From Chiloscyllium plagiosum (taxonomy: Eukaryota), in NCBI RefSeq assembly GCF_004010195.1, contig NC_057728.1, positions 53,588,174 to 53,652,173 on the forward strand: a stretch of DNA of 64,000 nt, given 5' to 3'. Numbering within the stretch: position 1 is the first letter of the stretch; each line of letters opens with the position of its first letter. Position numbers and translations under genes: made by a program. The notes beneath the pieces are model-generated. The model did no database searches. It had not been told where the DNA came from and saw only the letters and a list, made by a program, of their open reading frames with translations. Positions 50,771-62,950 of this stretch are shown here, piece after piece.

Positions 50771-53700
50771 CAAAGCAGCAGGTCTATGGTATTCCAATCC
50801 CAATGAAGTTCATCAGTACTGGCTGCAGGTGCGTTGTGATTGTGGGACAGCTGAACAAAATCAATTATTGTATGACCTTTAGAGCATGACTTCGGGTTGT
50901 TCTGGCCATCCCAGTAATAAATAAGGGCTCCCCTCATCTGTGTCCTGGTGTTTTCAAACCAATCCATATTATATGTCTGTGACACTCGAGGTGTCCTCTT
51001 TGAATCTGTCATTTAAATCTTCAGCTTCCATGCTTCTCAGCATCAAACAGCATCATAGGACTCAATCCATACTCACCAGCCATATATTCTCTACTCATCC
51101 AGGGACATAAGAATCTGATACTTTGCTAAACTCTCATCACTGTTTTGGCACCTCTCCAATTCATTTGCAGCCACTTAGGTCACATATACTGGTATTGCAG
51201 GGGACACTGGCAATTAGCATTGCAAGGGTGCCGTTAGGAAACTTTGGATGCTGGGGCAGGCACCCAGCTCACAGATTGGGCCAGTCTACATCTCAGAGCT
51301 GTTTGCTTGCCTCTCTTAGCGCTCACTCACTTTGCACCTGTATGCATGCTCTTGCCATCCACTGCTTTGCCTTGATTTATCATGCCACACTATGCACACT
51401 ATGCATTGGCACTGCAGCCAGAACCAACGGTTGTCAGTACTACCGTATTAATGTGGTCTTTAGCACAGATACAAATCAAGGTATTGACATGTTTGTAATG
51501 AGGAATCTTTCAGGAGGATAACTGCTGTATGACACTGAGATGCCAATCTAAGACATAAAGCATGTGCCAGCTACACATTCACTCAACCAAATGACCATGT
51601 CATATTGGCCTAGATCTCAGTCCAATCTAGGAGGACCATTGTTGTCAGCATGTCCGTCTACTCATTTTTGGGGTCTAGCCACAATCAGTCATCAGCTTGG
51701 ACTGCTCAGTCAAGGAATATATCCATCTACAGTACACAGAGTGGACAATGGTCAGTTCAATAGGGCAAGCACTAGCAGTTCAGGGGAGTCAGGGCTGCAG
51801 TATTGGGAGAGTAGACACACTTAAAGGTGAAAGGGCAACTCAAGCTGTATGCAGGACAGTATTCGCGGACATGATAGACTACATCCAGGGGTGGACTTAT
51901 TGCCAGTGACCACCATTGTGGACTCCACAGGAGGGGAGCATAGAGGGCCAGTATGGATATAATTAGAGTTAATGTTGAGACTCAGGAGACAAGGTGGAAG
52001 TTGGAGGCAAAGGTCAATATGGTGGGTCTCCACATTGGACAGAAAGTGGAAATGGACTGTTGGGATAGCATGACGTATAAGTGGACATGGAGACTCTTGG
52101 AGGTTACCTGGTGACCAGATAAATCCCAGTTGCTGATGGTGTCCACCACAAGCTCCATTCCCTGCTATCATTGGCAAGCTGTAGGACTGAAATGTAACCG
52201 GAAAATGGATGGCACAATGTCCAGGGTAGACAAATTAGTGTCACTTTGATGGAAAAATTGTGGGATCCACATCTGTAAAATGACAAGTCACTGAAAGTCA
52301 CAAATAAAGCAGGCACTTGCAAACCCGTTACATTTTCATTTCCCATTTCCTATGCATGCAAAGTGAATGTGCTTAGGGTGAAATGTTGATCAAAGGCAAT
52401 TTGTACCATTCCATTGGTCCTTGCAAATTGAATGTTAGAATCTAATGATGTTAAGGTTAGCAGTAATGACTTAAAAGGAATTGGAGTGCATTATTTCCCC
52501 CTCCAACTCTATTTTGATTTAATCCCTGCCCTCCCCTTCACTGTTTGATCACACAGCATTGCCCTTTGTGAAGGGCACTGCCTGTCACTGGCCACTCGGG
52601 TGTTTCCTTTCTTCCTGGTGGTGGAAATTTGAATAAAGATTTGTGCACCTTGTGTCTCTCACTGTCTCACACCTGCACACAAAGAAAAGACTTAAAAGGA
52701 AGCCAAATGCTGGCCAAAAGTGAACTGTTAGTCCTGCAATTTCCAAGGGTACTGTGGGAGGCACAGACCATGGTTTTAATTTATCATGTAATTTTAACAA
52801 TGAAAAGTTGAATAATTGATGTGGATCTGTGATGGAAAAGGTATCAGCACAGCAGCAGTCCCTTTCTGATGTAACAGGTTGGTCACTCAGTCAGCACGGC
52901 AACTGCACATGTTAAGACTGAAGCTGAATGAATAACGGCGACATGCCCCTTGTTACTGGGGTGCAGTGTGCCTCACAGTGTGTATGGAGAAGAGTGTTCA
53001 GCCCTTATCTGCAGGTGTGCCACAAATGACTCTTCTGAGATTTGTCTTTTGCCCCTTGTGTTCTCAATGTAGGTCATTTCCACTGAGGGTTCTGTGTCCT
53101 AGTAATGGTGGGATGTTTGTCACAGCAGCTGCCTTCCTAAGAAGGTGAAGTGGATGCGGAAAGTGTTGGGCTGATGGTAAATCCATGCGCAGCAACATGC
53201 TAGCATGTAGGACAACAGGTAGATAGGTAGACAACTCAAGGAGAGGTCACAGCCGCAGGGGCCCTCAGGATGCATGGGGTCTGCAGGTCACACAGTGGTC
53301 TTTCAACCCCAACTCCATTTTTCTGGGGATTCGTGAAGTCCAGACTCGACATAACTTGGATTCCATTTGCAAAGAATGTGTGTCATACTTAAACATAAAC
53401 TATAAACCATATGGAATCTTCTGAAACTGCTGTTCCTTTTATAATATTTATGAAAATGCTGAAAAAGGTGACTGCCAAAAGTAAAATGATTTGATCTATG
53501 GATTCAGATGACCACATTTTCTTAAAACGAACAAAATTTCAGATTAAGAAGCATACTTTGAACCCATCAAGAGAACATTTCTTGACCTGATTCGATTTTT
53601 TTTTTCAGTAACAAACTCTAAGGTGAATATTTGAACACAAGGATATAGGTTGTGGAAAATCTACATAATACAATATTTGGAAAGTCTACCTCCTAAAGCA

Positions 53701-55339
53701 ATCATGTTGACAGAAGCTTTTACAGAAGCTTTAAGTGTTGGCTGAAAGGCACAATATCGTTACTACAGAGATAACAGCAAAAAGGATAACAATAATGCAG
53801 CAAAAATTTGAGAATATCCAGGTGTGAGCTGACATGTGGCAAGTAACATGCACAACCCACAAAAAAACCATTGGCCATTTTCAACAATACAGAATCTCAC
53901 CATCCCAGCCTGACATGACTCAAATCAAGTCACCATAGTCTTACTAGACCATACAGTTGCTCTCTCATCAGACAGATGCTCAGGTAATGATTTAACCTAC
54001 AGCCTCCATACCTTAGACGAGGGGGGGAGGTTGAGAAGGTGAGTTATGGTAACCTTAGTCAGTGTGGGAATTAAACCCACACTGTCAGCATCATAGAGTT
54101 TTGCAAGCCAACTGTCCAGCTAAATGAGCTAAACTGATCCCCAATGACATTACTACCATGGAATCTCCCATTATTGATAGACTGGAAGTTACCATTGACC
54201 AGAAACAGGGTAGGACTAACTATATAAATACATTGGCTGCAAGAGAAAGTCAGAGGCTAGGAATGTTGCAGCAAATAATTCACCTCCAGTTTTGAAGAAA
54301 GGTCATTAGACCCAAACGCTAACTTTGTTTTCTCTTCATAGATGCTGCCATATCTGCTGAGTTTCTCTAGCAATTTCTGGTTTTGCAATTCACCTCCTGT
54401 CTCCTCAAGCTTATCCACCATCTACAAGGCACAAGTCAGGACTGTGATAGAATGTCCCCCATTTGCCTGATGAATGCAGCTCCAGCATCGGTAAAGAAAC
54501 TCATTATCGTCCAGGACAAAGCAGCCCAATTGATGGGTACCATATCCATAAACATTCACTCCCTCCACCATCAATGTTAAGTAGCAACAGTATGTAGAGA
54601 GCAGAAATTCATCAAAACTCCTTAGACAGCAGCCTCCAAACCCACAATACAAGGGCAGTAGATACATGGGAAAACCACCACCAGAAGTTCTCTTGTAAGA
54701 CACTCACCATCATGACTTGAAAGTATATCACAGTTCCATCAGTGTAGTTGGATCAAAATCCTGGAATTCTCTCCCTAACAGCATTGAGGGTGTATCCACA
54801 TAGTGGTTCATGAAGACAGCTCATCACCATCTTCTGAAGGACTACAAAGGATGGACAATAATTGCTGGCCCTGATAGTGATTCCCAATCTCATGAATGAA
54901 TTTTTATAAAAGTCAACATGAGAATACTTGGTTTCAGAATGTCATTCATTTACCACTGTCCTGAGACTCCTGCATGACAAAATGACTGCTGTTGTGCTGT
55001 GTGGAGAAGCTGAAAATGACACATTTTACAGGCAGACCATGGACAATCAAGGTTGTGTCGTTACCCCAACTTGTGACCTACCTAATTACCATCATTCACC
55101 TTATCTGAGATGACCTACCACTCAGCATAAATATTTAATGTAATCTGGACAGAAAGCTCCTCAACTTTGATCGCCATCAGCAGAAACAAAACTCCCCACA
55201 ATGGTCTTTCAGGACCTTCAGTTTGCGGATAACTGCAATATGATGGCTCACTCTGCACAAGACATGAAAAGGATGCTCAACGTTTTGAACAATTCATATA
55301 TGATAATTGGCTTGTCCTTGAATATTGTCAAGACAATCT

Positions 55340-55376
55340 ATTGCTTCTCGGCCTTTTGGCTCGGAATAAGTGTAGT
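55340..55376 (+). ncRNA. U2 snRNA 5' fragment (nt 1-37), not an intact gene
   Basis: ATTGCTTCTCGGCCTTTTGGCTCGGAATAAGTGTAGT versus vertebrate U2 ATCGCTTCTCGGCCTTTTGGCTAAGATCAAGTGTAGT: 32/37 identical by manual alignment. Confidence 0.9.
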
Positions 55377-55612
55377 CCCTGAGGACCAGAGGAAGAGATT
55401 CTGCTCGAGTGCTACAGGTTCGACGCAGCAGATGTGTGCTGGCAGGGGAGATACCACGGGGGTCATGTTGCGAGTCGTCGGTGCTGCTGGAGATCATCGC
55501 TGGATCGTGATAGGACGTTGGAGGTTCTTTTGGTTGTGTTGACCTGCTCTTGGTGGATCTTTATGCTGGCTACGGCCTAATGCCAATTCAGGTACCAGCC
55601 AACCTCAGAGCT

Positions 55613-57061
55613 ATGGCCTCAGCAGCCGCTCGCAGCCCAGGCCAAGGCATTCACAACACAGTCAGGGTGACTGTGAAGAAGGTGGAGGAATGTACACCAG
55701 TCGATCGGACTGTGTTTGTCAAGAAGATTTTGCTGGAGTGCTGTGGGTTCGACGCAGCGGACGTGTATTGTGTGCAGGATTTCCCTGGGGCAGGCTATTT
55801 TGACGTGAAGAATTGCAAGCAGCTCCTGAAGGTCTTCAAGGAGAAGGAAGGAGAACCTCTGTTCTCCATCTTGTCGACAGTCCTGTTATGTGTGCTTCCT
55901 GCGCAGAGGAGTTGGGTTGTTACAATCCATATGTACAACCCCCACGTCCCAGCAGCGGATGTCCTGACCTTCCTGAGAAGATACGTCCATGTCAAGGGAG
56001 AAAGCACCGATGTGGTCGATCCTTTCGGGATCTGGACAAGCAAGCGGTAAGTCAGGGTAACCCTGAGGGTCGATGCCAGTGGGAACATCTTCCACCCACC
56101 CTCCAGCTTTGCAATTGGAGGAAGCAGAGGTTACCTGATGTATGCAGGGCAGCAGAAAGTGTGCCGAACCTGCGGGAGGTCAGGCCACATAGCGGCGAAA
56201 TGTAAGGTGATCGTCTGTCAAAACTGCAAGCAGGAAGGCCAAGGAATGTAAAGAGGCCAAGAACTGTAATCTGTGTGGAGAGGCGGACCACATGTACAAG
56301 GCCTGCCCAAGATGAGGGGCCGCCACCTATGCACAGATGGCCAGAGGTGGCAACACAAACCATGGACCGTATAAGACCAGCAAGGTACTACAAAACCGCA
56401 CGGGAACGGTGTCTGGTGGCACCCAGATGGAAAGGCAGGCTGGAGCGGAGCAGACGGCAGACAGCGGGGAGGTGCAGCAGCCGATCCAAGTTCCTTCAAG
56501 ACAGACGGAGGAAATGTAAGAGGAGGGAGCAAAGGAGGCAGACGATTGGGTTACTGTCAAAAGCAGGAAGAGGAAACATCGCCAGACCACCAAAGTCACC
56601 CAGCAAAGGGGGAAACGACACCTACACAACGAGGATACAGGCAGCTCTTCCGATGGTGAGGACGGGCGCAAGGAGGGTCGTCACCAGAGGAAGAGACAGA
56701 GCGCCGTGGGGAAAAAGGAGGGCAGCACCGCCAAACAGGGAAAGACGATGCCTCTGAGGGGATGGGTAAAGACCTCCCCCCACCTGGTGAGAACCAAGAG
56801 GTACCCACCGGCCCACAGCTCCAGGTAACTGGGAGCAGTGGTCCTGTGACAGCCCTGCTGTCAGACAAAGAACTGGACTGTGCGGACCCTGGTACCCACC
56901 CAAAGACACCAGAGCGTGGAAATGGCCCCAGCGTGGAGCCGGACAGCTACCTCAGCCCTGGGAGGGTCCAGCAGTTTGCCATCACCATGGGGATGCACAC
57001 AGCTACCCCAGAGAGGCAAGACCAGCAGCAAGTGGACATTGGTAACCTCGTAAACTGTTAA
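55613..57061 (+). pseudogene. Keno-like ORF1 (ZCCHC3-like zinc-knuckle protein), disrupted
   Basis: Starts MASAAARSPGQGIHNTVRV. Knuckles CRTCGRSGHIAAKC (~56162) and CNLCGEADHMYKAC (~56264). Contains internal stops and frameshifts. Confidence 0.8.
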
Positions 57062-57062
57062 A

Positions 57063-60000
57063 ATCGGGATAGAAATTGGAAGCATCAATGTGCGTAGCAT
57101 CAAATCGGCTCCGCGATGTGTTTCTACCATGGCCTTCCTGGCCAACGTTAAAGCTGACGTCCTGTTTCTGCAGGAGTTTGGGATACTGCACCTCAGTAGC
57201 TACAGGAGATGGTCGAGATTGTGGGCCTATGGGCCGTCAGTTTGGTCGGGGGGCAACAATAATCGCGCCTCCGACCTGGGTATCCTGTTGTGAGGAGGCA
57301 ACCTCACCATCTCCGAGGTTAAGGAGATGGTGGGCGGGCGCCTCCTCATCACTGACGTCATGTACAGGAATACTCCCCTGAAACTGATTAATGTGTATGC
57401 CCCAGTGGGTAAGAGTGAACGGTTGGCCGTCCTGCAGTAGCTTCCACTGTTGCTGGCTACGTCCAGACCAGTCCTTCTGGCCGGAGACTTCAACTGTATC
57501 ATTGATGCAGATGGACGATCCGGCGGGGGAGGGACAGTAAACTGGATGCCACGTCTAGAGCACTGATGGAAACGGTAAAAGATGCCAAGCTGCACGACGT
57601 CTTCAGCACCCCTGCAGACGGAGCACAGTGTAAATACACCTGGTCACGGGCAGATGGGTCAATCCGCTCAAGGATAGATTACCTGTTTGTGTCCTGAATG
57701 TTCTCGGTCGGATCCACTGACGTCAAGCCGGTGTTCTTCTCTGACCACTGCCTCCTACTGGCCGACTGTCACCTACAGGACGAGCAGCAGGCTGGTAAGG
57801 GAACGTAGAAGCTGAACACAAAACTGTTGACCCCGGGAAACATTGAGGAGCTCAAGAGGGACTACACAGGTTGGAGAACCGTGAAGCCCCTCCAGCAGAC
57901 TGGTGGGAAACAGTAAAAGGGAACATCAAGAAGTTCTTCATCCTCAAAGGTGTTCAGGAGGCGAGAGAGGCAGGGAAAACTGTCTCAGCTCCAGGAAAGT
58001 ATGCAGAACCTGCTCCTGCTGCAGACGTTGGGGCTCGATGTCACAGAGGACCTCAAGGAGGTGAAGGGCCAGCAAGCCTCGCTCTTTGCCTCGGAGGCCT
58101 CCAAGATAATCTTCCGGTCCAGGGTCCGCTCGGTGGAGCAGGACGATACGTGCTCACGTTTTTTCTTCCAGAAGGTGCACAAAGAGAGCTCCATGCTCAG
58201 AAACCTGAAGGAAGAAGATGGCTCGATAACATCATCTCAGGCTGACGTCATGAGGATCAGCAAATCCTTCTATGCCAGTCTGTATGACGCGAAGCCAGCC
58301 AACAGCGCGGCCTCCCAGTCATTCCTGTCCTCTATCACGGAGGTCTTAGACGACAGAACACGGGAGAGGCTGGACCAGCCGCGATCTCTGGACAAGCTGA
58401 CAAAGGCCCTCGAGTCCTTCGAAAAGAATAAAACTTCCAGAAGCAACGGCTTACCGGTCGAGCTCTATTCTGCTCTGTGGGACTTGATTGGCCAGGACCT
58501 GCTGGAGGTGTATGTCAGTATGCTTCGGGCAGGTACCATGAGTGAATCCATGAGAAAAGGCAACATCATCATCATCTACAAGTGGAAGGGGGAGAGGGAA
58601 GAACTCAGAAATTGAAGACCAATCTCACTATTGAATGAGGATTACAAAATTTTGTCAAAGGTTATCGTCTGCTCTGGGGTCGGTGATTCACCCTGACCAA
58701 ACCTGTGAGGCAGGAAGATCGCTGAGAGTCTCGCACTCCTCAGGGATACGATTGCCTACGTGCAGGACAGCGGGGTGGACACCTGCCTCATCAGCCTGGA
58801 CCAGGAGAAAGCCTTTGACAGGATATCACACACGTATATGAGAGATGTTCTCTCCAAAATGGGCTTTGGGGAGGGAATCTGCAATTGGATCAGACTGCTC
58901 CACACCAGTGCAGTCTCAATCAATGGGTGAGAATCAGATAGCTTCCCAGTCAGATCTGGAGTCAGGCAGGGCTGCCCTCTCTCTCCTGCTTTGTTTGTGT
59001 GCTGCATAGAGCCATTTGCTGAGTCCATCAGAAAGGATGCGAGCCTGAGAGGGGTGACTATTCCTGGCAGCGGGGGCCTGCAGGTTAAGGCCTCCCTGTA
59101 CATGGATGATGACGCTGCTTTCTGCTCGGATCTGTCCATGCACAGACTCAGGTGCATCTGTGACCAGTTCGAATGGGCCTTGGGGGCTCTTCAGGAACTG
59201 GGCCGACCAATCCTCGATCCCCTTCACCGTCAGGACCGACCACCTGAAGGTGCTGGGTTGGTTCGGGGGGGCTGGGGTGTGCTCTCCATCGTGGGAAAAA
59301 ACCTGGTCATCAGGTGTGAGGCACTGTCATTGCTGTTATACGTGGCACAGGTCTGGCCTATTCCCAGAACCTGTGCCGCTGCAGTCACCCGGGCCATCTT
59401 CCAATTTATATGGAGATCAAAAATGGACCGTGTCCAAAGGGACTTGATGTATAAAGATCTGGGCAACGGGGGAAAAAACACACCCAATGCCACCCTCACC
59501 CTGATGTGTGTGGCTGCGTCAAGCTGTGCGTGGATCCCCGGTACGCAAGCACCAAATGTCACTACGTACTGAGGTTCTACCTGTCCCCGGTGTTGCAAAG
59601 GATGGGCCTGGCCTCGCTGCCGCGGAACGCTCCGAGTAGTTGGACCATTCCGTATCACCAGTCCTTTGTGGAGAAGTTTATGAAGAAAAACACCTTTGAC
59701 CACAAGTCCATCAGGAAGTGATCAGCACGTAGTGTTCTTGAGACCCTTCGGGAAAAGGAGAGGGCAGATCCTATCGAACGATTCCCTGAGCAGACTTCAA
59801 AGCCATTTGGCAGAATGCCTCATCGCCAGAACTTTCCAACAAGCACCAAGACATGGCTTGGCTGGTGGTGAGAAGGGCTCTGCCTGTGAGATCTTTTATG
59901 CATGCCCAGACTCTCAGCCGCACCGCACGCTGCCCTCGAAGCAGCTGCGGGGGGGACGAGACTGTCACATACCTCATTCTGGAATGTGCCTATGCAGAAG

Positions 60001-60318
60001 AAGTCTGGAGAGGAGTGCAGTGGTGTTTATCGAGGTTCGTCCCGAGCAGCGCCGTGACGCGGGACTCCGTGTTCTATGGTCTGTTCCCTGGGACACACAC
60101 TGAGACGAACATCAACTGTGCCTGGAGGATCATCAACTCAGTGAAGGGCGCTCTCTGGGCGGTCCGAAACCTGTTATCTTCCAGCTGAAGGAGGTTGACC
60201 CCGACTGAGTGTTGCAGACTGGCACATTCCAAGGTCCAGGACTACGTGTTGAGGGACGCGCTGAAGCTTGGGGCAGCTGCCGCCAAGGTGTGGTGGGGAA
60301 AGACGTCTGCCTGCCTAA
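57063..60318 (+). pseudogene. Keno-like ORF2 (AP endonuclease and reverse transcriptase), disrupted
   Basis: APE motifs SINVRS, FLQE, LAGDFNC, SRIDY and FSDH; RT motifs LDQEKAFD, GVRQGCPLSP and YMDD (~59100); C-terminal Cys-rich region; many stops and frameshifts. Confidence 0.88.
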
Positions 60319-60620
60319 ACACAAAGGGCTGATGCAGTAAGGGGGCTCCGCTGACCCTCCAGCTAAATATGTGGATAGTAATCATACAGACCTGTATATA
60401 TGAATGATTACTCTGTCTCTATATGCAAAGAAATGGAATGTTTACGTATGTATGGCATGACCAATTGTGCAGATCATCAAAATATTTTATGAATAAAGTA
60501 TATTTTTGAAATAAAAAAAAGACAAAGGTCCTCCACAACATTCCTGGGCCCATCAAGCATATCACACTCCATCTATACAGATGGGGTGTCTCTGGAGAAT
60601 GTGTAGCACTTCCCTTTTTT

Positions 60621-60941
60621 TAGATTAGATTAGATTCCCTACAGTGTAGAAACAGGCCCTTCGGCCCAACAAGTCCACACCGACCCTCCGAAGAGTAACC
60701 CACCCAGACCCATTTCCTTCTGACTAATGCACCTAACACTATGGGCAATTTAGCATGGTCAATTCTCCTGATCTGCACATCTTTGGACTGCGGGAGGAAA
60801 CCAGAGCACCCGGAGGAAATCCATGCAGACACTGGGAGAATGTGCAAACTCCACACAGTCAGTCGCCCAAGGCTGGAATCAAACCTGGGACCCTGGTGTT
60901 GTCAGGAAGCAGTGCTAACCACTGAACCACCGTGCCGCCCC
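60621..60941 (-). mobile_element. HE1-type SINE
   Basis: Full reverse-complement copy. Confidence 0.9.
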
Positions 60942-61116
60942 TATGAGCCACTGTGCCACTCCTCAGCAGCCACTCTCCCAACAAGTTCAGTACTGAGTCA
61001 ACTCTGCCATGTACCCTTCCTCAAGCAGAAGGTCAACAAAGGTCCTGGTCTTTAAGGATGCTAGGTTGACCACTCTCTTCTACCGCAGTGAAATGTGGAC
61101 CATCTAGTGACATTTA

Positions 61117-61590
61117 TAGTCATAGAGATGTACAGCATGGAAACAGACCCTTCGGTCCAACCCGTCTATGCCGACCAGATACCCCAACCCAATCTAGTCC
61201 CACCTGCCAGCACCTGGCCCATATCCCTCCAAACCCTTCCTATTCATATACCCATCCAAATACCTTTTAATTGTTACAATTGTACCTGCCTCCACCACTT
61301 CCTCTGGCAGCTCATTCCAAACACATACCACCCTCTGTGTGAAAAAGATGCCCCTTAGGTCTCTTTTATATCTTTCCCCTCTCACCCTAAACCTATGTCC
61401 TCTAGTTTTGGACTCCCCAACCCCAGGGAAAAAACTTTGTCTATTTATCCTATCCATGCCCCTCATAATTTTGTAAACGTCTATAAGATCAACCCTCAGC
61501 CTCCGACGTCCAGGGAAAACAGCCCCAGCCTGTTCAGTCTCTCCCTGTAGCTCAAATCCTCCAACCCTGGCAATATCCTTATAAATCCCA
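61117..61590 (-). mobile_element. CR1 3' fragment
   Basis: TRGHRFRVRGERYKRDLRGIFFTQRVV. Confidence 0.85.
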
Positions 61591-62199
61591 TTAGATTCTT
61601 AAGAGTTTCCATCAGTGGAATTTATGTCAAATCCTGCAATCAAATGCAAGGACCATCAGACCCTGTTCTCCATTAAGCTGTTACTACCAGTATCAAATCC
61701 CTGTTCCTGAAAAACAAGGTGCAAGTGATAGGTTATTGCATTTGGATCCCTGAAAACTGCATTGGCAGCTTGGCAGCTCTCCACTGGCTAATGCTCAAGG
61801 ATGGCCAAAAGAAAAAGGTACAAGGATATGTTAATCATTATCCTAAAGCTCTGAAGCATTGACACCACTAGCTGGAATGAGAAAGCTACCAACTACTCAG
61901 CATGGCAGCTCCCAATCCATCGAGATGTAAGACACTTTGAAGCTAAGTGACTGAATTGTGAGGTGTAAAGACAGTGGTAAAGGAAGGAGAAGAAAGAAAC
62001 CAGTGCGGCAAATTCCATCTCACCAAGAAGCAACAGAAAAAACTGCAGAAAAAATTTTAGATCCAAAATTGACCTCCTCAGTGATCTGAATATTCATTTA
62101 GCCTGATAGAAGTCATTCTCAATTCTGAGGAAGCACTACTGGTGCAGATCTTTCATTAACTAACCAGTCAATTTTACATTTTCAAGAGAGAATTTCTGG

Positions 62200-62950
62200 T
62201 ATAGTCTAAGTGAGATTTTTTTTTCCTGTAGCCCAGTTTCAAGCTTTAGCTTCAGTTTCAGATTTATTTCAGTTGTTTGCTTCTTCGTACACTCTTCCTG
62301 ACCCAAATGGTGGCGTCAAGTTCTGTTTCTGGATTTGTATTACTGCTATGTGTATTGTGTCCTCAAACTCATTAACATTCTCCAAGATTCTTTGGTATTT
62401 TAGCTTTCTCAATTGCTATCCAGCTCTATCTTTACATTTTTTTGGTTTGTTCTGTATATCTTTTCCCAATCTGTGGGCTTTTTATAAGCTCTGTAGTTTG
62501 ACTTGTATACAAGACACTTCCTTACATTTATGAGCTCTTGAGATCATCCACATCTCCCGCTTTTGTGCCTGGCATGCATTCCTTTGTTATTGCATCATCA
62601 CTGTTTTCTGTCTTTCCCTTGACTTAGTTGAAGGCTAGCCATTTGGGAAGACACCATATTCATCTGTCTAATCAAGCTTTCATGTGCTTTGACTGCCTCA
62701 ACAGCCCGCAAGATTGCAAGCTTGTCTTTTCCAATCAAAGCTTTTTCTACAACAGGATGTGCGCAGCATCAATGAGCTGATCTACCAAGTTTTATCTTTT
62801 TCATTAAGTTTGTATTTGCTGTGACATTTCTCAAACTCTTTGAAATTGTAAACAGACGAATCTAGTTTCTGGTTCAAGCTCTGAAATTCATATTCACTTT
62901 GGTTGATCTGTGTTGAATTTCACAAAATCTTTGACCTGACGTTTACTGCC
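62200..62950 (-). mobile_element. Degenerate Gypsy-type gag-protease remnant
   Basis: YEFQSLNQ..LVDQLI..CAHPVVEKALIGKDKL..AVEAVKAHE (gag-like), a decayed knuckle region, then LKLKLETG resembling protease KLDTG. Confidence 0.5.

Larger units (their letters stand above)
47017..50775 (-). mobile_element. Decayed class I (gamma/epsilon-like) endogenous retrovirus: 3' pol, env, PPT, 3' LTR
   Basis: Minus-strand RNase H, integrase, env SU/TM, polypurine tract and LTR occur in retroviral order. gag, pro, RT and a 5' LTR were not found. Confidence 0.9.
55337..60518 (+). mobile_element. Full-length Tx1-clade (Keno-like) non-LTR retrotransposon with a U2 snRNA-derived head
   Basis: U2 nt 1-37 at 55340-55376; ORF1 with CCHC knuckles; ORF2 with APE, RT and a Cys-rich end; AATAAA at 60492 and a poly(A) tail; TSD AAGACAA at 55330-55336 and 60519-60525. 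Confidence 0.9.
54915..62110 (+). mobile_element. Decayed RTE-clade LINE hosting the Keno-like element, a SINE and a CR1 fragment
   Basis: LQFADNC..AHS...GLSLNIVKT (55201-55336) resumes after the insertion as KTKVLH...GVSLENV.HFPF (60519-60620). Weaker remnants continue to ~62110. Confidence 0.6.

Noticed and set aside
55340..55376. Functional U2 snRNA gene
   Set aside because: Only 37 nt; there is no Sm site, no 3' stem-loops and no upstream snRNA promoter context.
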